From Anaerovoracaceae bacterium (GTDB taxonomy: Bacteria; Bacillota; Clostridia; Peptostreptococcales; Anaerovoracaceae), in NCBI GenBank assembly GCA_050946575.1, contig JBMNVB010000005.1, positions 39,383 through 103,382 of the forward strand: DNA of 64,000 bases, in the 5' to 3' direction. Under the pieces are notes generated by a model, which saw only the letters and a list, made by a program, of their open reading frames with translations, was not told the DNA's origin and did not search any database. Positions 54,558-61,882 of the stretch are shown piece by piece. The translations under genes were made by a program, and so were the position numbers. Numbering within the stretch: the first letter of the stretch is position 1; each line of letters opens with the position of its first letter.

Positions 54558-56024
54558 TTGACGAGAAAAAGGAATTATATCGGCGGCGAGTGGACGGAGC
54601 CGCTGTCCGGCGAATATCAGGAAGTTATTGACCCGGCGACGGAGGAGCCTTTCGCGGAAGCGCCGCGAAGCAGTGCGGAGGACGCGGAAGCAGCCGTTGC
54701 GGCCGCGCGGAGGTCGTTTTATGAGACCCGCGAATGGAGAGACCGTTCGGCGGAAGATCGTGCGGAGATGCTCCGGAAGATCAGGGATCTTATCCATCGG
54801 GACGCGGATGAGATCGCGGAGATCGAAACGCGCAACCAGGGCAAGCCGCTGCGTGAGGCGAAGGACGATGTCAGGGCGTCCGCGGACTGCTTCCGGTATT
54901 ATGCTGATCTGATAGAAGAAGAATCGCGCCGCGGCGCGGAGAAAATCCCGCAGGAGGGGGAGACGACCGCCTTTGTGGCTAAGGAGCCTGTCGGCGTGTG
55001 CGCCCTTATAACCCCGTGGAATTATCCGCTGCTGATGGCGGCGCAGAAAATCGCGCCGGCGCTGGCCGCGGGGAACAGCATTGTCGTGAAACCTGCATCA
55101 TATACGCCGCTCTCAACGATCAGGCTCTTTGAGCTCTTGGAAGAAGCGGGACTGCCGGCGGGAACGGCGAATCTCGTGACAGGTCCCGGAGGGACCGTCG
55201 GGGGCGCTCTTTCGCGCAGCCGCGATGTGGATATGATAACGTTCACCGGCAGCACCGAAGTCGGGCGCGGCATCATGGAGGCCGCGGCAGTGAATATAAA
55301 GAAAGTGGCCCTGGAGCTCGGCGGCAAGTCGCCCGTCATCATTTTCGATGACGCGGAGCTCAGACCGGCGGCGGAATGGGCCATGCAGGGCATATTCATG
55401 AATCAGGGCGAGATATGCTCGGCGGGCTCGAGGATACTCGTGAGCGAAAGCGTGCACGACGAATTCCTCGCATTGATGGTCGAAATGACAGAGAAGATGA
55501 CGGCCGGGGATCCCATGGAGGATCCCGACATCGGGCCGCTCGTCTCGAGATCGCATATGGAGAAGGTCCTCGCGTATATCGAAAGCGGCCTGCGGGAAGG
55601 CGCGAGGTGCGTGTGCGGAGGCCGCAGGATAGACCGGAAGGGATACTTTGTGGAGCCGACGATATTCGACGGCTGCCGTCCGGATATGAAGATCGTGCGC
55701 GAGGAGATATTCGGACCGGTCGCGGCAGTGCAGACATTCCGCGATGAAGACGAGGCCGTCGCGATGGCGAACGATACGGATTACGGGCTCGGAGGAGCCG
55801 TATTCACGAAGGACATGGACCGCGCGGCGCGTGTGATACGCGAAGTGAGGGCCGGCATGATGTGGGCGAACTGCTATAATGTCTCCGGGGCCGACATGCT
55901 CTGGGGCGGATACGGGATGTCGGGCATCGGCCGGGAAAACGGGCCGGAAGGGCTTGACGAATACCGCGAACTGAAGCAGGTGGTCATCAGCCGGGACTAT
56001 TCGATGCCGGGCTGGTATGTTTAG
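54558..56024 (+). CDS. NAD(P)-dependent aldehyde dehydrogenase (betaine-aldehyde DH-like family)
   Basis: TTG start after GGGAGG RBS. ELGGKSP, catalytic Cys context GEICSAGSR, FTGST motif. Confidence 0.85.
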   Translation: MTRKRNYIGGEWTEPLSGEYQEVIDPATEEPFAEAPRSSAEDAEAAVAAARRSFYETREWRDRSAEDRAEMLRKIRDLIHRDADEIAEIETRNQGKPLREAKDDVRASADCFRYYADLIEEESRRGAEKIPQEGETTAFVAKEPVGVCALITPWNYPLLMAAQKIAPALAAGNSIVVKPASYTPLSTIRLFELLEEAGLPAGTANLVTGPGGTVGGALSRSRDVDMITFTGSTEVGRGIMEAAAVNIKKVALELGGKSPVIIFDDAELRPAAEWAMQGIFMNQGEICSAGSRILVSESVHDEFLALMVEMTEKMTAGDPMEDPDIGPLVSRSHMEKVLAYIESGLREGARCVCGGRRIDRKGYFVEPTIFDGCRPDMKIVREEIFGPVAAVQTFRDEDEAVAMANDTDYGLGGAVFTKDMDRAARVIREVRAGMMWANCYNVSGADMLWGGYGMSGIGRENGPEGLDEYRELKQVVISRDYSMPGWYV

Positions 56025-56033
56025 GAGGAAAAG

Positions 56034-57002
56034 ATGGCATTCAATGAAGCTGAACAGAAAATACTGGACATAATAAGTACGGGACGCGGCGGGCTGCAGC
56101 ATATAGAGCGGCAGTTCGAAAACGGGGCGGATGCGAACTCGCTTGAGTCAGAGCCGGAAAAAGTGGAATCGGTCGGCGGCCAGCCGTATTACAGCACACT
56201 TGCGGGAGAAGCGCTGTACGAGAACAACGAAAGCGGATATTTCCGCCATTCGGATCTCCTGCGAATATTTCTCGACCGCGGATGGGACGCGAAAAAATAC
56301 GGAGCTTCCGTCATGAGCGACCTCGCGTATCAGGTGATGAACCGAAGGCGCTCGGATTTCTACTCGCTGTTTAAGACGATACTTGACGCGGCGGGCCCGG
56401 GCATGGAGCTCGCTCAGGCGTACTCCGGCATTAGTGCGGAGCGTGAATATTACGAAATGGGCACTCCCGTCGGGAACGACGGAGGAGAGAACGACGAGCT
56501 CGACAATTATCTGTTCGGTCTGGAACAGATGCTGAAAAAATATGAGGCGGGGGAAGACTATAACTCTGTTTTCCAGTATGATCTCGCTTACGGCCAGAAG
56601 GTGAAGAGCGTCCGCATCTCGGGAGAGCCGGTCACGGTCGACAGCGCCGAGGAATTCAGCGTTGCCGCGGGAGGCCGCGACGCGGGATTCTTCGCGGAGA
56701 TCGAACTTGAAGACGATACGCTCGTGATAGACAACGCGTATTTCGCGTATATCGATAACTCATCAATGCGCGGGGCCGAAGGAGAGTTCGCCGGCAGCGC
56801 GTCCGGATTCCTGAAAGACATGTCGTTCGAGGTGCTGAGATTCACGGTCAGCCCGTTCGGCAGGACGCCGGGCGGCATGAACACCGCGAGATTCAGGACC
56901 ATCGAGCTCGTATTCGACGAACTGAAATGCCTTACGTTCTACAACAATGAAGCGGAGCGGGAAGCGGGCGTAAGAAAAAGGACGCTTCCGGAGCGCCCGT
57001 GA
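56034..57002 (+). CDS. Hypothetical cytoplasmic protein (322 aa)
   Basis: Strong AGGAGG RBS and coding-like composition. No family recognised. Confidence 0.6.
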   Translation: MAFNEAEQKILDIISTGRGGLQHIERQFENGADANSLESEPEKVESVGGQPYYSTLAGEALYENNESGYFRHSDLLRIFLDRGWDAKKYGASVMSDLAYQVMNRRRSDFYSLFKTILDAAGPGMELAQAYSGISAEREYYEMGTPVGNDGGENDELDNYLFGLEQMLKKYEAGEDYNSVFQYDLAYGQKVKSVRISGEPVTVDSAEEFSVAAGGRDAGFFAEIELEDDTLVIDNAYFAYIDNSSMRGAEGEFAGSASGFLKDMSFEVLRFTVSPFGRTPGGMNTARFRTIELVFDELKCLTFYNNEAEREAGVRKRTLPERP

Positions 57003-57009
57003 TTTCGTT

Positions 57010-57588
57010 TTATCCTATCTGATCCGGATACTTGATGACCATGCACAGCCTGGTCATCTTTTTTCCTTTGTTCGCGTAGACATGCGGCTTGTCCGCCGTG
57101 TATCTGATCGAGTGGTCCGCCGGAACGACGAAATATTCTTCTCCGACCGTCAGCGCGAGCTCGCCGTCGTATACCATGACGAATTCCTCCGTGCCCTGAT
57201 CGTGCGGATCCGATTCCGAGATGCCGTTCGGGTCGAGCTCGATATACAGTATCTCGAAACTCCGCCCGGAATCCGACGGGAACACGGGGTAGATGCGGAA
57301 TCCCTCGAAATCGCCCTCGAGAGGATCGACGGACTTGTTGTCCACGATCTCGACATTGTTTTCGCCGGCGCTCATGAGGGACGTGAACGAGATCTTCAGC
57401 CCGGTGCATATCTTCCAGAGCGTCGCCACGGACAGCCCGCAGTTTCCGCGCTCTATCTGGCCGAGCATGCTCTTGCTGACGCCGGTCAGTTCCGCCGCCT
57501 CGTCAAGCGTCATGTTCCTCGTCTTTCTCAGTTCCTTCAAATTGTCCGCAATAATGCCGTTGAGTTCTTTCGGGTCCGATACCGCCAT
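57010..57588 (-). CDS. XRE-family HTH regulator with C-terminal cupin domain
   Basis: LRKTRNMTLDEAAELTGVSKSMLGQIERG HTH, and a cupin beta-barrel C-terminus. Confidence 0.85.
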   Translation of the reverse strand: MAVSDPKELNGIIADNLKELRKTRNMTLDEAAELTGVSKSMLGQIERGNCGLSVATLWKICTGLKISFTSLMSAGENNVEIVDNKSVDPLEGDFEGFRIYPVFPSDSGRSFEILYIELDPNGISESDPHDQGTEEFVMVYDGELALTVGEEYFVVPADHSIRYTADKPHVYANKGKKMTRLCMVIKYPDQIG

Positions 57589-57602
57589 TTATTCCTCCGT
57601 TG

Positions 57603-58343
57603 TCATTTGAATGATACCACATCAATGCCGTATGAGCCGGCGATGCTTTCATATCTTTCCATGGTCTCGTCTGAAGGTCTCGCGAACGATCTGTCCGGGA
57701 GATCCATGCCGAGCTGTTCGTATTTTACGTCTCCGAAACTGTGATAGGGAAGAAGCTCCAGAGACGCGCCGGGCGCATTGTCCCTTATTATCTCAAACGA
57801 GCGGCGCATCGTGTCCTCGTCCGCGTTCACGCCCTCTATCGTCGGAATGCGCACCACAAGCTCGTTATCGAGCATTGATGCCTTCCCGATATTTTCTATG
57901 ATGAGACTGTTCCCGACGCCCGTGAACTGCCTGTGCTTTTCCGGATCGGGGTGCTTGAGATCCATGAAAATGAGGTCCATTTTTTCCAGGACCGGCCGCA
58001 GCCCTTCGAAATCGAAGAAGCCGCACGTCTCTATCGCGAGACTGTAGCCCCTGTCGTACAGCGCGTCCGTCAGCTCAGCGAGAAATTCCGGCTGCGAGGT
58101 CGGTTCGCCGCCGGAAAATGTCACGCCGCCTCCCGAGAATCTGTAGAAGACATACTGCCTGTCTATCTCCTTCACGATCTCGCCGGTCTCAGCGTATCTC
58201 GTCATCGGGTTTTTCCGCGTCTGCCCCTCGGGATTCGCGCACCACGCGCACCTGAGAGGGCAGCCCGCCAGGAAAATATTCGTTCTTATGCCTTCGCCGT
58301 CATTGACGGAGAAGTTCTGTAGCTGCATTATGTAGCCGCCCAT
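57603..58343 (-). CDS. Glycyl-radical enzyme activating protein (radical SAM)
   Basis: GCPLRCAWCANPE (CxxxCxxC) cluster motif. Alternative start at 58328. Confidence 0.9.
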   Translation of the reverse strand: MGGYIMQLQNFSVNDGEGIRTNIFLAGCPLRCAWCANPEGQTRKNPMTRYAETGEIVKEIDRQYVFYRFSGGGVTFSGGEPTSQPEFLAELTDALYDRGYSLAIETCGFFDFEGLRPVLEKMDLIFMDLKHPDPEKHRQFTGVGNSLIIENIGKASMLDNELVVRIPTIEGVNADEDTMRRSFEIIRDNAPGASLELLPYHSFGDVKYEQLGMDLPDRSFARPSDETMERYESIAGSYGIDVVSFK

Positions 58344-58359
58344 TCGTCCTCCCGTCCTT

Positions 58360-60726
58360 TTAGAATACGTGCTCCGTGCGCGCTATGATCGCGTCCTGCA
58401 TCGATTTCGAAAGGTTCACGAACTGCGCGGAATATCCGGCTACTCTGACAAGCAGATCCTTGTAGTTCTCCGGATGTGCCTGGGCGTCTCTCAGAGTGTC
58501 GGACGATATGCAGTTGAACTGCACGTGGAACGCTCCGAGGGAGAACAGTGTCTGGATCATCGATCCGAGGTTCGCCTGTCCGCGCTTCGTCGCGACTACG
58601 TCCGGATTCAGCCTGAGGTTGAGCAGCGTGCCGCCGGAGTGGATCTCCTGATTTACCTTCGCTGTCGACTTCATCGCCGCGAGCGGTGTGGACTTGTCCG
58701 TTCCGACATACGGGCTCACGCCTTCGCTCGAAGGATCGCCGTTTTTCCTGCCGTCCGGCGTCGCGCCGAGGACGCGTCCCATCGGGATGTAGTTCGAGAT
58801 GCCCATGAATGCCGTCGTGAACGGCGAGCCGAATATATCCTTATATCCGTGGATCTCGTGATAGAAGTGGTTGGAGATCTCTGTCGCGATCTCGTCCACG
58901 TAATCGTCGTCATTGCCGTATTTCGGGCAGTTCTGAGCCTTCTCGCGCAGATCTTCGTATCCTTCCCAGTTCGCCTGCAGCGCTTTCGCGAGTATATCGA
59001 TGTCGCACACTCTGTCTTCGAATACGAGTTTCTTTATCGCCGCGAGTGAATTCGCCGCGACCGCGAGGCCGATGCCCGTGATGACGGGGCCGATGTTGTA
59101 TTTCGCTCCGCCGCGCGACAGATCCTTTCCGGATTCCATGCAGTTCTCTATGCAGGATGACAGGAACGGGCGCGGCACCTGATCTCTGTGGATGCGCTGC
59201 GCTTCCACTGTCAGTATCACGGAGTGCCTGCACAGATTGTCGAACTGGCGCAGGAATGCGTCCTTGACTTCCTCATATGTTTTGAACTGGGCCGCCGGCT
59301 TCTCGTCAAGGCCCATTTTTTCTCCGGTCATGAGGCTGCGCCCTTCGTTCAGCGCGTATTCTATCGCGGAGCCGAAGTTCATATTTACCGCCGCCGTCCA
59401 TTCGCCGGTCTTTCTGTTGTGAGGCACTACGCATCCGCAGTTGTTCCAGTCTCTCGCGTCTTCGGGTTCGTATCCCGCGTTCAGGAGCATCTGATATCCC
59501 ACGCTGTCCGAGTGGATCGCCGGGAAGCCCGTGCCCTTGCTCACGAGACTCGTGACCGCGTCAAGGAATTCCTTCGGGCAGTCCGCCTGCACTCTGACCG
59601 AGAGGCCCGGCTGATGCGTCTTTACCTCTTCCGTCGCCTTCATCGCCATATATGTCACCGGGTTCGTCCCGTCGCTCCCGTCGCGCTTCTTCCCGCCGAC
59701 CGTGAGGTTCTGGAACTGGTTATATCCCGCGAAGTAATCCGCCGTGTTCGAGGAGATCGTCCATACCCATTCCGAGTATTTGAGCCACAGCGCGTCTACG
59801 AGCTCCTGAGCGAATTCGGGGGTGATATTGCCTGAAGCAATGTCTGATTCGTAATATGGGTCCATATACTGGTCGAAGCGTCCGGGATTCAGCGAGAGTG
59901 GATTCTCGGACAGTATCCCGCCGATCTGGACGAACCAGATGAACTGCAGGGCTTCATAGAAATTCTCCGGAGGATTTTCCGGCACCCTGCGGCAGTTCTG
60001 CGCTATGACCCTCAGCTCTTCCGCGCGCTTCGGATCCTTTTCCTCCTTCGACATTTCCTCTGCCTTGTCGGCGTAGCGGTTCGCGTATCTGATAATGCCC
60101 TTCGAGGTCAGTATGATCGATTCGTAGAAATCCTTCTTTTCTTCGTCTTCGGGATCGGCGATATCGAGCTTGGATATATGATTCTCGGCTTCGGTCACGA
60201 TGCCGCCGAATCCTTTCTTGAACAGGACGCCCTGATAGTCCGGCGTCACTTCTCCGACGGCCTGGCGCCATTTCGAGTCACTGTCGATCACGCCCGTGTC
60301 CACGCCGATATGTTTCGTTTCTTCCGGAAGTCTCGCGAGGAACGCCTCCTCCAGCGATTTTCCCTTCCAGTACGGGAAAATGTTCTCACGGATGAATTTC
60401 CTCTGCTCTTCGGTGATCTGATACGGATCCTGCGGACGCTTGTCGAATGTATCCATTTCCTTATCGACCCACATCCACGAGAATTCGGGGGTCAGGATGC
60501 CGCACTTGCGGAATTCGCCCGTGGCTCCCACTATGAGCTCCCCTTCGAAAATGTGCACGCCGATCTGCGAGCAGCAGTCATAGAACGCCTGCGCCGAGCG
60601 GATGGCGGGGGACTTTCCTTCAGTCCTCTTATATGACTCCGTCCACAGCCATGCGCGTTCATATGAGATCTGCGGCTTCGAATTTACGTAATTCTGTCTG
60701 ATTTTCTCAATGCGATCAGTGACCAT
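58360..60726 (-). CDS. Glycyl radical enzyme, PFL/glycerol-dehydratase-like family, substrate unknown
   Basis: C-terminal RVAGYSAQF glycyl-radical motif (Gly codon 58435-58437). Cys loop NNCGCVVPH (59425-59439). N-terminus typical of the dehydratase-like subgroup (ERAWLWTESYK..ELIVG). Confidence 0.9.
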   Translation of the reverse strand: MVTDRIEKIRQNYVNSKPQISYERAWLWTESYKRTEGKSPAIRSAQAFYDCCSQIGVHIFEGELIVGATGEFRKCGILTPEFSWMWVDKEMDTFDKRPQDPYQITEEQRKFIRENIFPYWKGKSLEEAFLARLPEETKHIGVDTGVIDSDSKWRQAVGEVTPDYQGVLFKKGFGGIVTEAENHISKLDIADPEDEEKKDFYESIILTSKGIIRYANRYADKAEEMSKEEKDPKRAEELRVIAQNCRRVPENPPENFYEALQFIWFVQIGGILSENPLSLNPGRFDQYMDPYYESDIASGNITPEFAQELVDALWLKYSEWVWTISSNTADYFAGYNQFQNLTVGGKKRDGSDGTNPVTYMAMKATEEVKTHQPGLSVRVQADCPKEFLDAVTSLVSKGTGFPAIHSDSVGYQMLLNAGYEPEDARDWNNCGCVVPHNRKTGEWTAAVNMNFGSAIEYALNEGRSLMTGEKMGLDEKPAAQFKTYEEVKDAFLRQFDNLCRHSVILTVEAQRIHRDQVPRPFLSSCIENCMESGKDLSRGGAKYNIGPVITGIGLAVAANSLAAIKKLVFEDRVCDIDILAKALQANWEGYEDLREKAQNCPKYGNDDDYVDEIATEISNHFYHEIHGYKDIFGSPFTTAFMGISNYIPMGRVLGATPDGRKNGDPSSEGVSPYVGTDKSTPLAAMKSTAKVNQEIHSGGTLLNLRLNPDVVATKRGQANLGSMIQTLFSLGAFHVQFNCISSDTLRDAQAHPENYKDLLVRVAGYSAQFVNLSKSMQDAIIARTEHVF

Positions 60727-60755
60727 TGTTCCACCTCCGGATAATATCCCAAACA

Positions 60756-60824
60756 ATATTCTGTTTTTGTGTCTGATATTCTGTTTTTAAAGTACCATAT
60801 TATGCACGCGAGGTCAATATTCTG
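60756..60824 (-). promoter_or_regulatory. Three direct CAGAATAT repeats in the GRE promoter/leader, with a candidate TTGACC-17-TACTTT promoter
   Basis: Plus-strand ATATTCTG at 60756, 60776 and 60817. The first two extend to ATATTCTGTTTTT, 20 nt apart. Confidence 0.45.
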
Positions 60825-60953
60825 CACAAAGAATCGGGGAGAAATCAGGCACTTTTTTTTGCTTCTGCCCGGCGTCATCAATTCTCTTGCGCCGCGTCCG
60901 GTTTCAGTATAAACTGACTAAGGACCGTATATATTAGATGGAGGTATTTATTT

Positions 60954-61556
60954 ATGTATATTACTTTTCTTGACATGGAAGGCGTCATTACTCCGGAAAT
61001 CTGGATAGCGTTCTCCGAAGAGAGCGGGATCCCCGAACTGAAGAGGACGACGCGGGATGAGCCGGATTACGATAAACTCATGAAATGGAGACTGGGCATC
61101 CTTAAAGAGCACGGAATGGGCCTGAAGGAGATCCAGGCCGTCATCGCGAAGATCGACCCGCTGCCGGGAGCGAAAGAGTTCCTCGACAGGCTGCGCGAGC
61201 AGACCCAGGTCATCATCCTGAGCGATACGTTCGAACAGTTCGCCAGCCCGCTGATGAAGAAACTCGGCTATCCGACGATCCTGTGCAACACGCTCGAAGT
61301 GGCGGATGACGGCGAGATCACCGGATTCGAGATGCGCTGCAAGGACACGAAGCTCACGACAGTGAAGGGATTCCAGGCTTTCGGATACGATGCGATCTCG
61401 GCCGGGGACAGCTTCAATGACCTCGGCATGCTGCAGGCCAGCCAGGCCGGCTTCCTGTTCAGGACTACAGATCAGATAAAGAAAGATTATCCGGATCTCC
61501 CGGCGATAGAAACGTACGATGAACTGTACGATAAAATAATCGGGGTGATGGAATAA
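60954..61556 (+). CDS. thrH: ThrH-like HAD phosphatase (phosphoserine phosphatase/homoserine phosphotransferase)
   Basis: Colinear similarity to Pseudomonas ThrH as I recall it (LDMEGVITPEIWIAFSEE..TTRDEPDYDKLM..ILSDTFEQF..AGDSFND). Confidence 0.75.
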   Translation: MYITFLDMEGVITPEIWIAFSEESGIPELKRTTRDEPDYDKLMKWRLGILKEHGMGLKEIQAVIAKIDPLPGAKEFLDRLREQTQVIILSDTFEQFASPLMKKLGYPTILCNTLEVADDGEITGFEMRCKDTKLTTVKGFQAFGYDAISAGDSFNDLGMLQASQAGFLFRTTDQIKKDYPDLPAIETYDELYDKIIGVME

Positions 61557-61604
61557 CGGGATACACAACAGTGCGTCATCGTGATATAATCAGGATGTGA
61601 ATAT

Positions 61605-61800
61605 CATATGGCGCCGAGTTCTCCCGCATCGCGGGAGCTGAGAGGGAAGCGGGTCGGAATCCCGCGCGGTCCCGCCACTGTATTCGGAAGCGAGCCCAGA
61701 TAAAGGCCACTGGCGCGAGCCGGGAAGGCCGGGCGGAAGCAATGCCGTAAGCCAGGAGACCTGCTCGATGCCTGCCATGCGGGTGACGGAGGATCGCCCT
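61605..61800 (+). promoter_or_regulatory. Cobalamin (B12) riboswitch
   Basis: AGGGAAGCGGGTCGGAATCCCGCGCGGTCCCGCCACTGT core and B12-box-like GCCAGGAGACCTGC. Confidence 0.85.
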
Positions 61801-61830
61801 GCGGCGAATACACGCGACAGAAAAAACGGA

Positions 61831-61856
61831 ACTGCCCGAAAGGGCAGTTTTTATTT
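61831..61856 (+). terminator. Riboswitch expression-platform terminator
   Basis: ACTGCCC-gaaa-GGGCAGT plus TTTTATTTT, 27 nt before the downstream start codon region. Confidence 0.8.
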
Positions 61857-61882
61857 TCAGTCATTATCAGGAGGAGTGGAAC

